Notes: generated from the letters alone by a model not told the origin. 64,000 nt of DNA from Candidatus Brocadiia bacterium (GCA_050015075.1 JBEKCB010000011.1:59209-123208), one strand, 5' to 3'; counted from the first letter of the stretch, positions 46,310 through 55,803 are shown. Numbers and translations are program-made.

Positions 46310-47257
46310 ATGTCTCGACCGCTGGTGACGGTTGTCGGCGCGGGGCAAGTCGGCGCGACGACGGCGCAGCGAATCGGAGAAGCGGGGCTGGCCGACGTGG
46401 CGCTGATTGACATCGTCGAAGGACTTCCGCAGGGCAAGTCGCTCGACCTGGCCGAAGCCGCGCCGATCCTCGGCGCCGACGCGCGGTTCATCGGCTCGAA
46501 CGACTACACCGCCATGCGCGGAAGCGAGGTGGTGGTCGTCACCGCCGGCCTGGCGCGTAAGCCGGGCATGAGCCGCGAAGACCTGCTGCAGAAGAACGCC
46601 GCTATCGTCGGCGGCATTGCGGACCGGATCGCCGAGGAGGCGCCCGAGGCGACGGTGATCGTCGTCAGCAATCCGCTCGACGTAATGACCTGGCTGATGC
46701 ACCGCAGGACGCGGTTCCCGAAGCGCCGCGTCATAGGCATGGCCGGCGTGCTCGACTCCGCGCGGTTCAGCGCGTTCATCGGGATGGAACTCGGCGTCTC
46801 GGTCAAGGACATCCGCGCGATGGTGCTCGGCGGACACGGTGATCAGATGGTGCCGCTGCCGCGCTTCACCACCGTCGCCGGCGTGCCGGTGACGGAGTTG
46901 ATCCCCGCGAAGCGGCTCGACGAGATCGTCCAGCGCACGCGCGACGGCGGCGCGGAGATCGTGGCGATGCTGAAGACCGGAAGCGCCTTCTACGCGCCGT
47001 CGGCCGCCGCGGCGGCGATGGTCGCCGCGGTGCTGCGCGACGAGAAGCGCGTGCTGCCGGTCTGCGCGCTGCTGGAAGGCGAATACGGGCTTTCGGGCGT
47101 GTTCGTCGGCGTGCCCGCGCGGCTCGGACGCGCCGGCATCGAGGCGATCATCGAATTGAAGCTGACGGAGACGGAAAGCGCGGCGCTGCGCCGTTCCGCC
47201 GAAAGCGTCCGGTCGAATTGCGCTCTGCTGGAGAAATCGGCGACGTCGGGCGGTTGA
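46310..47257 (+). CDS. mdh: Malate dehydrogenase (LDH-like)
   Basis: GAGQVG, ARKPGMSREDL, SNPLD, LDSARF, GGHGD, GSAFYAP. Confidence 0.96.
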   Translation: MSRPLVTVVGAGQVGATTAQRIGEAGLADVALIDIVEGLPQGKSLDLAEAAPILGADARFIGSNDYTAMRGSEVVVVTAGLARKPGMSREDLLQKNAAIVGGIADRIAEEAPEATVIVVSNPLDVMTWLMHRRTRFPKRRVIGMAGVLDSARFSAFIGMELGVSVKDIRAMVLGGHGDQMVPLPRFTTVAGVPVTELIPAKRLDEIVQRTRDGGAEIVAMLKTGSAFYAPSAAAAAMVAAVLRDEKRVLPVCALLEGEYGLSGVFVGVPARLGRAGIEAIIELKLTETESAALRRSAESVRSNCALLEKSATSGG

Positions 47258-47328
47258 CTTGCGGGGCGTGCGGCAGTAACATCGCGCCGAAGCTGGCATC
47301 CATTGTCAATTCGGTGAGAAGGCCGGCA

Positions 47329-47715
47329 ATGTCCATTCTTGTCGTAGCCGCCTATCGCTGCGTGATCGCCCGCAAGCCGTTTGACAGCGTGGACTATCAG
47401 GTCAGATATTTTGACTCCGATTCGCTGGATGAGGTCATGGCGCGCCTCCGCAGCGAAAAGCCGTTGGCTTACAGGAATATTTACAGGCAGGTAGTCCGCT
47501 GGGTTTTCGAGGACATCAGGGCGATAGAGTCCAAGCCGGAGCTTCAGGACGGGAAGGAAGCGATAGGATTCATCGCGGGAGAGCGATTTCTTCCAGGAAG
47601 GGCAAAGATAAAGGGACTCGCCGAACTACTATGGGCTGAGCGGGCCCCTCCACCTGCGCCTCGGCGGACAACTCGAAAGCATCGGAGAGGCGGAGTTCGG
47701 CGAGCATTGCGGTGA
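47329..47715 (+). CDS. Small hypothetical protein (DUF4288-like)
   Basis: Y.N.....V.W.F..I and L.DG.E pattern; AT-richer than flanks. Confidence 0.45.
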   Translation: MSILVVAAYRCVIARKPFDSVDYQVRYFDSDSLDEVMARLRSEKPLAYRNIYRQVVRWVFEDIRAIESKPELQDGKEAIGFIAGERFLPGRAKIKGLAELLWAERAPPPAPRRTTRKHRRGGVRRALR

Positions 47716-47859
47716 ATCCGATTCATTCGCCGCCAAGTTGCTGGATCGCATAGCTGCGAAGGATAAAGGAAGAGGCGCTTCATGGCTCATCATTCATAGT
47801 TCTCCGCTTCCGGCCAGGTGTCTTGGCGGTTCGTGAGCACGTCGGGTTAAGGGGCCGGC

Positions 47860-49581
47860 ATGCCTTTCAGCCTGAGACAACTCGCCCGCACGCGAAAGCA
47901 GGTGCGCCGCCTGGTGCCCATCCTGCGCGTGCTGGTGCGGCACGGCTTCGGGCACTTCGTCCAGCGGACCGGTTTGGCGCACCTCGTCCCGCTGCGCTAC
48001 TCACACCACCAGCCCGGAGACGAGCTGACCGCGCCGCGGCGCGTCCGGATCGCGCTCCAGGAACTCGGGCCGACCTTCATCAAGTTCGGCCAGACGCTCT
48101 CCACTCGCGGCGACCTGCTGCCGGAAAGGTACCTCGTCGAGCTGCGCACGCTCACCGAGGACGTGCCGCCCTTCGATACCGCCGTCGCGCGGAAGATCGT
48201 CGAGGACCAATTGCGCCGGCCCATCGCCGAGCTCTTCAGCGAGTTCGGCGAGGCGCCGGTCGCCTCCGGCTCCATCGGGCAGGTTTACTACGCGAGGCTG
48301 CACGATGGCACGCCCGTCGCCGTGAAGGTCAAGCGGCCCGGCGTCGAGAAAGCGCTGACGGCCGACCTCGACCTGCTCGAGTTCGCTGCGCCGCTCGCCG
48401 ACCGCCTCGACGAGCTTAAGCCGTTGCGCCTGCCGATGGTGGTGGACGAATTCCGCCGTTCGGTCATGCGCGAGGTGGACTTCGTCACGGAGGCGAGTTA
48501 CACCTCCAAAATGAAGGAGCAACTCGCCGGCGACGAGCGCGTCTGCGTGCCGGCGGTGTATTGGGATCTGACGACCTCCGACGTACTGACGCTCGAACGG
48601 ATCGCCGGCGTGAGCCTGACGAAGAAAGCGGAGCTGGCCGCGCTGGACATTGACCGCAAGCGGCTGGCGCGCGACCTGTTCGAGGTCTTCCTGTACCAGT
48701 TTTTCAAGGCCGGCCTGTTCCACGCGGACCCGCATTCCGGCAACATCCTGGTCACGCCGGACGGGCGGATCGGGCTGCTGGATTTCGGGATGGTCGGCCG
48801 CCTGAGCGAGGATCTGCGCGTCCACCTGGCGACGAGCTTCATTGCGCTGACGAAAAAAGACCTGGACGTCATCGCCGATGTTTACATGGAAATCGGCGCC
48901 GTCTCGCCGGACACCGACATAGATCATTTGAAACGCGACTTGCAGGAGGTGCTGGACCGGTACTACGGAATTCCGACGCGCCGCCTGGACGTGCGGCACT
49001 GCCTGAACGACGTGCTGCGGCTCGCGCGCGACCACCACATCCTGCTGCCGCGCGATTTCGTGCTGCTGGGCAAATCGTTCGTGACGATGGCGATGATGGC
49101 GCGCGAGATTGACCCGGATTTCGCTCTCTCGCCGGTGGCGAAGTCGTACGCGCTCTCGCTCGCGGCGGACAAGCTCTCGCCGGGGCGCGTCACGCAGAAC
49201 ATCCTGCGGGAGGCGTGGTTCATCGGCCACGGGTTGCGCCGGCTGCCGAAGGATCTGCGCACGCTCTCGCGCAAGCTGCTCGACGGCAGCCTGCAGGTGA
49301 CGCTCCACCTGCGCGAGTTCGACGGGATGATCCGCGAGCTGGACCGCGCGACGAACCGGCTGGCGTTCAGCGTGGTGGTCACCGGCATCGTGGTCGGATC
49401 AAGCATCCTGCTCCACGCCAAGATCCACCCGTTCATGAGCAGCCTGCCCCGATGGCTCGGCGGCGCGTTTTTTACCGCGCACATGCCGGAGACCTCCATG
49501 CTCGGCCTGGGCGGGTTCCTCTTCGCCGGGGTTCTCGGCATGCTGCTGGCGGTGGCGATCTGGCGAAGCGGAAAACTTTGA
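47860..49581 (+). CDS. AarF/ABC1/UbiB family atypical kinase
   Basis: LGPTFIKFGQ, ASGSIGQV, VAVKVKRP, FHADPHSGN, LDFGMVG, C-terminal TMs. Confidence 0.93.
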   Translation: MPFSLRQLARTRKQVRRLVPILRVLVRHGFGHFVQRTGLAHLVPLRYSHHQPGDELTAPRRVRIALQELGPTFIKFGQTLSTRGDLLPERYLVELRTLTEDVPPFDTAVARKIVEDQLRRPIAELFSEFGEAPVASGSIGQVYYARLHDGTPVAVKVKRPGVEKALTADLDLLEFAAPLADRLDELKPLRLPMVVDEFRRSVMREVDFVTEASYTSKMKEQLAGDERVCVPAVYWDLTTSDVLTLERIAGVSLTKKAELAALDIDRKRLARDLFEVFLYQFFKAGLFHADPHSGNILVTPDGRIGLLDFGMVGRLSEDLRVHLATSFIALTKKDLDVIADVYMEIGAVSPDTDIDHLKRDLQEVLDRYYGIPTRRLDVRHCLNDVLRLARDHHILLPRDFVLLGKSFVTMAMMAREIDPDFALSPVAKSYALSLAADKLSPGRVTQNILREAWFIGHGLRRLPKDLRTLSRKLLDGSLQVTLHLREFDGMIRELDRATNRLAFSVVVTGIVVGSSILLHAKIHPFMSSLPRWLGGAFFTAHMPETSMLGLGGFLFAGVLGMLLAVAIWRSGKL

Positions 49582-49584
49582 ACT

Positions 49585-49740
49585 GAGTGCGGATTTCAGA
49601 GTGCGGAGTGCGGAGTGTAGAGTGCGGAGCAGAAAGAGGAGCCGGCTTCGCCGGAACTATTTCGCGCGAAGCGCGCAAAGTGCGGGCGAAGCCCGATCCA
49701 CTTTCCATTCCGCACTCCGCAGTCCGCACTCCGCACTCTA
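49585..49740. repeat. Inverted heptamer-array element family E (GAGTGCG)n...(CCGCACT)n
   Basis: GAGTGCGGAGTGCGGAGTGTAGAGTGCGGAG ... TTCCGCACTCCGCAGTCCGCACTCCGCACTC. Confidence 0.8.
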
Positions 49741-49753
49741 TTGAGGCATCGGC

Positions 49754-50248
49754 ATGTACAGACGCTGGATCGTCAGCTTCGGCGGCGCGGGGCTTTTGCC
49801 GGCGATGCCCGGCACATACGGCTCGCTGGCCGCCGCGATCATCTTCTATCTGGTCTGGCTCGCGTTCGGCCCGGCGACGCGGTGGATCGTGCCGGCGCTG
49901 CTCCTGATCGCCGCCGCGATCGGGATCGGCCTCGGACGGTGGGCCGAGGACCATTTCAAGTCCGCCGACCCGCGCCAGTTCGTGCTGGACGAAGTCGTGG
50001 GACAGTGGCTGACGCTGCTCTCCGTCCCGCTCTCCGACCTCTCCGCGCATACGCTGCCGTCCATCGCGGCGGCGTTCTTCCTGTTCCGCGCCTTCGACGT
50101 GGCCAAGCCGTTCCCGATCCGCCGCATCGAGCGGCTGCCCGCCGGCTGGGGAATCGTCCTCGACGACGTGGCCGCGGCGGTTTACGCGGGCATCGGGTAC
50201 TGGATCTTACGATATGTGGTCATGAAGGCGCTCGGCATGGGCAGTTGA
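49754..50248 (+). CDS. pgpA: Phosphatidylglycerophosphatase A
   Basis: PGTYGS, DP...VLDEVVG, FRAFDVAKP.PI, GIVLDD. Confidence 0.93.
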   Translation: MYRRWIVSFGGAGLLPAMPGTYGSLAAAIIFYLVWLAFGPATRWIVPALLLIAAAIGIGLGRWAEDHFKSADPRQFVLDEVVGQWLTLLSVPLSDLSAHTLPSIAAAFFLFRAFDVAKPFPIRRIERLPAGWGIVLDDVAAAVYAGIGYWILRYVVMKALGMGS

Positions 50249-50330
50249 GAACCGATTAACACGACGATGGACGATGGACCATAGACGATGGGCTGGCGCG
50301 CAGGCTTATCGTATATCGTTGCCGTCCCGC

Positions 50331-50942
50331 TTAGCATTCGCTCAGATGTTGAGTTCGCGCCCGCCACCAGCGCTTGAATTCCTCCACCCCGCGAACGCCG
50401 TTGTCGAGGACCGCCTCATAAATATGGACCGAGAGCATTTCGCGGCGGTACTCCGGCAGATTGCACACCGCTTCCTTGATGGCCAGAATGCGAATACGGG
50501 CTTCATCGGTCAACAGGCCTGCCCATCGGGAGCGGTTGGGACAGCCTCGAGCAAACTCTTCTGCCCGCGCCGTCCAGAGGTCCACCTTCCAGATTTGGCC
50601 GCCAGCGGGATCGGAGACTCGCAGTCCCCAATACAAGCCCTCATCGGCGCCGGCCGGCTGCCGATATGCATGGGTGCAATTGAATTTCCACACCCAGTCC
50701 GACTCGGCCAGCATTGCGCCGAGTCTCCAATGCAGGCCCCAGTCCGGCTCGCTCTCGATGCGCTCAAAGTCAAGGTCCCGCCAAGTCATGGTCCGCATCG
50801 CGTAGGAACCGACGGACACAAACCCTTCGCGCCGAAGCATCGCTCCGAGCCCTGAAGCGCTCAGCATTCGATCAGCTTCTTCTCGAAGCCCTTCATCCAG
50901 CTTCAGAAGCCTTGCCTCTTCCGGAGGATTTTTCTCTGACAT
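50331..50942 (-). CDS. Hypothetical protein (nucleotidyltransferase-like)
   Basis: GSY..+MT.RDLD, GLYWG, WKVDLW, S..IYEAVL. Confidence 0.55.
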   Translation of the reverse strand: MSEKNPPEEARLLKLDEGLREEADRMLSASGLGAMLRREGFVSVGSYAMRTMTWRDLDFERIESEPDWGLHWRLGAMLAESDWVWKFNCTHAYRQPAGADEGLYWGLRVSDPAGGQIWKVDLWTARAEEFARGCPNRSRWAGLLTDEARIRILAIKEAVCNLPEYRREMLSVHIYEAVLDNGVRGVEEFKRWWRARTQHLSEC

Positions 50943-50965
50943 TTCGGTGGTCTATCGTCGTTCCA

Positions 50966-51841
50966 TTACCGCAGAAGCGACGTAAGCGCCACGGCGGCGT
51001 CCGTAGCCAGGCAGAGGCCGAGGCCGGCCGCGAGGCTCAGCGGCGGCTCTTCGGCCTGCGCGCGGTCGCCCCGCGCGCCCGGCACGCACCAGCCCGCCAG
51101 CGGCACGATCAGCAGCGCTGTCCCGAAGCGGTTCCCAAGCCGGATTTCCGCCGCAGCCAGGCAGCCGAACGCGCCGGCGAGGAACAGCCAGTACAGGCAG
51201 AAGGCCCATTTCGCCGAAGGCGGTTTCAGTGCCAGCCGCAGCGCCACGAAAAGGAGGATGAAGCCGATAAGATACAGCGGCGAGAATTCCGCGCGGAACG
51301 CGGGGTCATTGCTGGCGGCGTAGCCGCTGTAGAACGTCAGCGCGCCGAATCCGAACGCCTGCGCCGCGATGCCGCCGATGCGGAGTCCCGAGAGCTGGAG
51401 CGGGGGCGCGGCATAGGCGGCGACGAGGATCACTCCGATCAGATACGCGTCAAAATACCACCAGGCGAGCACCGGTGACGTGCCGAGCCCGATGAGCAGC
51501 AGCGCGAGCGCGGCCCAGAACACCAAGTGCGGAGTGCGGAGTGCGGAGCGCGGAGTGGGGACTGAAAGTTGAGAATCGGGCTCGGCATTCGACGCTCCGC
51601 GCTCTGCGGCCTGCAGTCCGCACTCTCCGTTGAAGACCGCCGTGAGCGCGGCGGCCGATCCGCCGAGCAGCACAGCCCAGTGCCCGCCGGCGACGAGTCC
51701 CTGCAGCCAGGACTCCGCGTCCAGCCCCAGCGCCTCTTTTCCGTGCGCGGCGATGAACCCGGCGAGCGCATGCGCCCAGATGAACGGCCAGAGCGCCGGC
51801 CGGAATCGGCCCACTATTGCGGAGATGTCGCCGCTCTTCAC
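50966..51841 (-). CDS. UbiA-prenyltransferase-like membrane protein carrying an in-frame repeat insertion
   Basis: RP..W start, Y.APP..L motif, multiple TM helices; GTGA overlap with tsaB. Confidence 0.55.
   Translation of the reverse strand: MKSGDISAIVGRFRPALWPFIWAHALAGFIAAHGKEALGLDAESWLQGLVAGGHWAVLLGGSAAALTAVFNGECGLQAAERGASNAEPDSQLSVPTPRSALRTPHLVFWAALALLLIGLGTSPVLAWWYFDAYLIGVILVAAYAAPPLQLSGLRIGGIAAQAFGFGALTFYSGYAASNDPAFRAEFSPLYLIGFILLFVALRLALKPPSAKWAFCLYWLFLAGAFGCLAAAEIRLGNRFGTALLIVPLAGWCVPGARGDRAQAEEPPLSLAAGLGLCLATDAAVALTSLLR
51525..51626. repeat. Family E inverted heptamer element inserted in frame
   Basis: AGTGCGGAGTGCGGAGTGCGGAGCGCGGAGTGG...CTGCAGTCCGCACTC; encodes ECGLQAAERG...PTPRSALRTPH. 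Confidence 0.75.
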
Positions 51842-52551
51842 AAGGCACCCCGTTCGGCCGGCTGCGCCGCTAGCCGGGCCAGCCGCCGCTCTTCAGCCTC
51901 GGCCAGTCGAAGGTAGATCGGTTCGAGCGCGGCCGGGTCGTCGCGCCGGCCCGCGCGGAACAGCGTCAGGCCGAGCCGCGCGACGTGGCTCGCCTGGATG
52001 CGCCATAGCTCCTCGGCCGCGAGTGTGTAGCCCGGCTGCGCGAAATCCGCGGCATACGCGCGGACGGCGTCGCCCATGACATAGACCGGCGCGACCACGG
52101 CGGCGCGCAGTTCGGCGGGCGTGCGTATGACCGGGTCGAGCACGCGGCGCAGCGAGGCGCCCACCCGCTGGTATTGCGCGGCGTAGACCTGACCGCGCTT
52201 GGCGTCCACGACGGTCAGGATATTCGAGGTGTCGGCGGGCGCGTTCTCGGCCATGGCGTCGAGGCTGCAGACGCCGATAAGCGGCCGGTCGAGCAGCATT
52301 GCCATCGTCTTCGCGCACGCCAGGCCCACGCGCAGGCCGGTGAAGGAACCGGGGCCCTGGCTGACGGCGATCAATTCCACGTCGCGCCGCTTGTCCCAGC
52401 GCGCCGCAGCGATGACGCGGTCCACCAGCGACACCAGCAGCCGGCCATGTTCCATGCCATGCTCGAGCTCCTGGTGCGCCAGGACGGCGTCATCGCGGCA
52501 AGCCGCCGCGGAGCCGATCGGGCCGCTGCTCTCGATTCCCAGGACATTCAT
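51838..52551 (-). CDS. tsaB: tRNA threonylcarbamoyladenosine biosynthesis protein TsaB
   Basis: LGIESS, GPGSFTGLRVG, DAKRGQVY, EPIYLR. Confidence 0.95.
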   Translation of the reverse strand: MNVLGIESSGPIGSAAACRDDAVLAHQELEHGMEHGRLLVSLVDRVIAAARWDKRRDVELIAVSQGPGSFTGLRVGLACAKTMAMLLDRPLIGVCSLDAMAENAPADTSNILTVVDAKRGQVYAAQYQRVGASLRRVLDPVIRTPAELRAAVVAPVYVMGDAVRAYAADFAQPGYTLAAEELWRIQASHVARLGLTLFRAGRRDDPAALEPIYLRLAEAEERRLARLAAQPAERGAL

Positions 52552-54068
52552 GCCGGCTCCAGCGACTCGGCGACCTGGATCGCGCGGAAAAGGCCGCGCG
52601 CCTTGTTGAGCGTCTCTTCGTACTCGCGCTCGGGGACGGAATCCGCGACGATGCCGGCGCCGGCCTGGACGATGACCTCGCGGCCGGCGAAGATGAGCGT
52701 GCGGATGGCGATGCAGGTGTCGAGGTTGCCGCGGAAATCCACGTAGCCGACCGCGCCGGCGTAGGGGCCGCGCTTGACCGGTTCGAGTTCGTCGAGGATT
52801 TCCATCGCGCGGATTTTCGGCGCTCCGGAGACGGTGCCGGCGGGGAAGCAGTTGCGGAACGCGTCGAAGCAGGTCTTCCCGTCGTCGAGGAGGCCGGTGA
52901 CTGTCGAGGTCATGTGCATCACGTGGCTGAACCGTTCGATGATCATTTCCTCCTCGATCTTCACCGTGCCGTAGCGGCAGATGCGGCCGACGTCGTTGCG
53001 GCCCAGGTCAAGGAGCATGATGTGCTCGGCGCGTTCCTTGGGATCGGCGAGCAGTTCGGCGGCGAGCGCGGCGTCCTCCTCGTCGGTGGCGCCGCGCGGC
53101 CGCGTGCCGGCGATCGGGCGGACGGTCACCTTGCCGGACTCCGATTTGACCATCACCTCCGGCGACGAACCGACCAGCCGCAGTTCGCCCAGGTGCAGGT
53201 AGAACATGTACGGCGAAGGATTGATCACGCGCAGCGCGCGATAGACGTTGAACGGCTCCGCCTGCGTGAGCGCGGACAGGCGCTGGCTGAGCACCACCTG
53301 GAAAATATCGCCGGCGAGGATGTACTCCTTGCACTTCTCCACCGCTCGGCAGAACTCGACCTTGGCCTGTCCCGGCTTGCCGTGCTCGGGCGCGAAATGA
53401 CTCCGGAACTGAAGCGTCATCTCGCCGCGCGGCGTAATGTCGTCGCTGAGCTTCATGACCGGCGTCCGCAGCCGGTCCACCGCCTCGTCAATCCGCGAGA
53501 TCGCCAACTCGTATGCGCGGCGCGGATCTCCCTCGACGCGCGCCGAGCAGATCACCAGCACGGTCTTCTGCAGATGGTCGAAGACCACCATCAGGTCGTA
53601 GAACGCGAAGAAGAGATCGGGCAGGCCGAGCGCGTCCGGCGGCGGGTTGGGCAGACGCTCGATGTAGCGGATCGCGTCGTAGGCGGCGTAGCCGACGGCG
53701 CCGCCGCAGAATCGCGGCAGCCCGGGCACGCCGACGGCGCGGAACGCGAACACCTGTTTCTGAAGCTCGGCCAGCGGGTCCTCGGACCGGAACTTCCGCG
53801 CGGCGCCGTGGCTCTCGATCTCCACTTCGCTGCCGCGCGCGCGGAAGACCATGAACGGGTTCGTGCCGAGGAAGCTGTACCGCGCCAGTTTCTCGCCGCC
53901 CTCCGCGCTTTCGAGGAGGAACGAGTACTCTCCGCGCGCGAACTTCTCGTACGCGCTCACCGGAGTCAGCGTGTCGCCGAGCAGCGTGCGGCAGACCGGC
54001 ACCACGTTGCCCTGCTTCGACAGGGCGACGAATTCGTCGAGGTCCGGCTTGTAGCGTACTCCAGCCAT
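52548..54068 (-). CDS. trpE: Anthranilate synthase component I
   Basis: FLLES, NPSPYM, GSSPE, PIAGTRPRG, EHIMLLDLGRND, GAPKIRAM, QAGAGIVADS. Confidence 0.95.
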   Translation of the reverse strand: MAGVRYKPDLDEFVALSKQGNVVPVCRTLLGDTLTPVSAYEKFARGEYSFLLESAEGGEKLARYSFLGTNPFMVFRARGSEVEIESHGAARKFRSEDPLAELQKQVFAFRAVGVPGLPRFCGGAVGYAAYDAIRYIERLPNPPPDALGLPDLFFAFYDLMVVFDHLQKTVLVICSARVEGDPRRAYELAISRIDEAVDRLRTPVMKLSDDITPRGEMTLQFRSHFAPEHGKPGQAKVEFCRAVEKCKEYILAGDIFQVVLSQRLSALTQAEPFNVYRALRVINPSPYMFYLHLGELRLVGSSPEVMVKSESGKVTVRPIAGTRPRGATDEEDAALAAELLADPKERAEHIMLLDLGRNDVGRICRYGTVKIEEEMIIERFSHVMHMTSTVTGLLDDGKTCFDAFRNCFPAGTVSGAPKIRAMEILDELEPVKRGPYAGAVGYVDFRGNLDTCIAIRTLIFAGREVIVQAGAGIVADSVPEREYEETLNKARGLFRAIQVAESLEPA

Positions 54069-54119
54069 GAGGCGCAATCCCGGAAAAAGCTCGCGAGTGG
54101 CGGCCTGCACGAATTTTGG

Positions 54120-54185
54120 ATTCTAGCAGTGGGGCGCGGGGCTGTCAACGAATCGGTTGACAGGAACCTTGGGGCGTGCGATTAT
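54120..54185. promoter_or_regulatory. Back-to-back divergent promoters (trpE and hemerythrin)
   Basis: TGTCAAC-gaatcg-GTTGACA palindrome; minus TTGACA-17-TAGAAT, plus TTGACA-17-GATTAT. Confidence 0.6.
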
Positions 54186-54222
54186 GAGACGCAACTAGAG
54201 AATGTTCTGGAAGGAGTCCGTC

Positions 54223-54795
54223 ATGGTCGCGGCAGATGTGCTGGTGAAGGAACATCGTCTGATCGAGCGCGTGATACCGATCCTGACGAAGGAAGTGTTT
54301 CGGCTCCATAAAGGCGGCGAGATGAGTGCGGAATGGATCGTCACCGTGGTCGGCTTCTTCCGGATGTACACCGATCGCTGCCACCACGGGAAAGAGGAGG
54401 ACATTCTCTTCCGCGCGCTGGCGTCGAAGCCGCTGTCCGACGAACACCGCCGGACGATGGACCGGTTGACGGAGGAGCACGTGCTCGCGCGAAAGCTGGT
54501 CGGCCGCCTGATGCTCGACGAGGACCGCTGCGTGAAGGGAGACAAGGCCGGCCTGAGAGCGATGGAACAGGATCTCCATGAATTGGCCGACCTCTATCCG
54601 AAGCACATCGCGCTGGAGGAGAAGCACTTCTTCGTTCCGTGCATGGACTACTTCAGCTCGATGGAGCAGGGCGAGTTGCTGCGGGCGTTCACGGGGTTCG
54701 ACGCGAAGATCGTCCATGAGCAATACACGACGGTGATCGAGGATCTCGAAGCGGCGCAAAAGGCGAAAGCTCGCCGTGGACGGGCGCGGAAGTAA
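54223..54795 (+). CDS. Hemerythrin HHE domain protein
   Basis: EH..I, HHGKEEDILF, EEH, HIALEE. Confidence 0.9.
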   Translation: MVAADVLVKEHRLIERVIPILTKEVFRLHKGGEMSAEWIVTVVGFFRMYTDRCHHGKEEDILFRALASKPLSDEHRRTMDRLTEEHVLARKLVGRLMLDEDRCVKGDKAGLRAMEQDLHELADLYPKHIALEEKHFFVPCMDYFSSMEQGELLRAFTGFDAKIVHEQYTTVIEDLEAAQKAKARRGRARK

Positions 54796-54829
54796 GCGCT
54801 CTCGAGGCACCGGCCGGCGCGGCGGCTCC

Positions 54830-55519
54830 TCAACGCGCCCGAGGCGCGGGCGGATATTCCGAGCAGAGCAGGTGCAGCGGCGCCTCGTCTTCCTCAATCG
54901 TCGGAAATCGTCCGATCGGCTCGTAGAACCGGTTGTCCTTCTGATCGTCGTTCACCGCCGACACCTCGCCGACGAGGACTTTGCCCTTGCCCGGCTCGGC
55001 CCAGAACTTGTGGTAGAGCCTGCGCGGCAGACAGATGCTCTCGCCCGGCGTGAGCGTGACCTTCGAGCCGGCCTTCAATGTATGCCGGACGCCGTCAATT
55101 GAAACCGTCAACGGCGTGCGCGCGAGACCTTCGCGGGGCGTCGAGTTGAAAAGCTGGAGCACCAGGTTCCCGCCGGCGCGGACGATGATGTCCTCTGCCT
55201 TGCTCCAATGGAAGTGCATCGGCGTGAGCTGGCGCTCCTCGACGATCATGAGTTTCTCGGCGTAACACTTCGAATATCGGCGGTCGGCGGGGCGGCCGTT
55301 GCGGATGGTGAAGAGGATCAGCCCGAACTTGTGGAAGCGGCCCAGCCCGAAGTCGGTGATATCCCAGCCGAGCATGCAGTCGCGAATCTCGTCCGCCTCG
55401 TGTCCCTTCTCCTTCCACTGCGCCGGCGACCAGAACGCGAAGGGCGGCAGCATGAACTTGCGGGCGCGGACGAAACGGATCGCCTCGCGCATCAACGCAT
55501 TCACTTCGGAGCGTTTCAT
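54830..55519 (-). CDS. D-lyxose/D-mannose family sugar isomerase
   Basis: MKRSE.N, LPPFA.W, GWDITDFG, YAEK, PMHFH..K.EDII, GEVS.VNDD..DN.F. Confidence 0.92.
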   Translation of the reverse strand: MKRSEVNALMREAIRFVRARKFMLPPFAFWSPAQWKEKGHEADEIRDCMLGWDITDFGLGRFHKFGLILFTIRNGRPADRRYSKCYAEKLMIVEERQLTPMHFHWSKAEDIIVRAGGNLVLQLFNSTPREGLARTPLTVSIDGVRHTLKAGSKVTLTPGESICLPRRLYHKFWAEPGKGKVLVGEVSAVNDDQKDNRFYEPIGRFPTIEEDEAPLHLLCSEYPPAPRAR

Positions 55520-55665
55520 GGATTCCCTCCCGAAGCCGTCCGCCCGCTCACGGGGCATCGAGCGGCCTGCAATTTATGAGACTGCGAGAGTATACCAAGA
55601 ACGCCGAAGAAAGCGCCAATTCCCGGAAGCCGCAGCAGACGGCGCCGGCTGCGCATCGGCGGAGT

Positions 55666-55695
55666 TTGACAATCGCCCGGTTTCCGTAGTATATT
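55666..55695 (+). promoter_or_regulatory. Promoter of the tRNA operon
   Basis: TTGACA-18-TATATT shortly before tRNA-Val. Confidence 0.6.
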
Positions 55696-55707
55696 TGCTC
55701 TGTTGCC

Positions 55708-55781
55708 GGGCGATTAGCTCAAGTGGCTAGAGCGCTTGCCTTACAAGCAAGAGGTTACTGGTTCGAGTCCGGTATCGCCCA
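55708..55781 (+). tRNA. tRNA-Val(UAC), CCA not encoded
   Basis: GGGCGAT/ATCGCCC-A, loop CTTACAA, GGTTCGAGTCC. Confidence 0.95.
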
Positions 55782-55803
55782 CTTGAGAGGCGATAAAAAG
55801 CGC

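Noticed and set aside
53355-53400. Extra loop APEHGKPGQA in TrpE as another repeat insertion
   Set aside because: Only weak similarity to the repeat families and no clear palindrome; needs an ortholog alignment.
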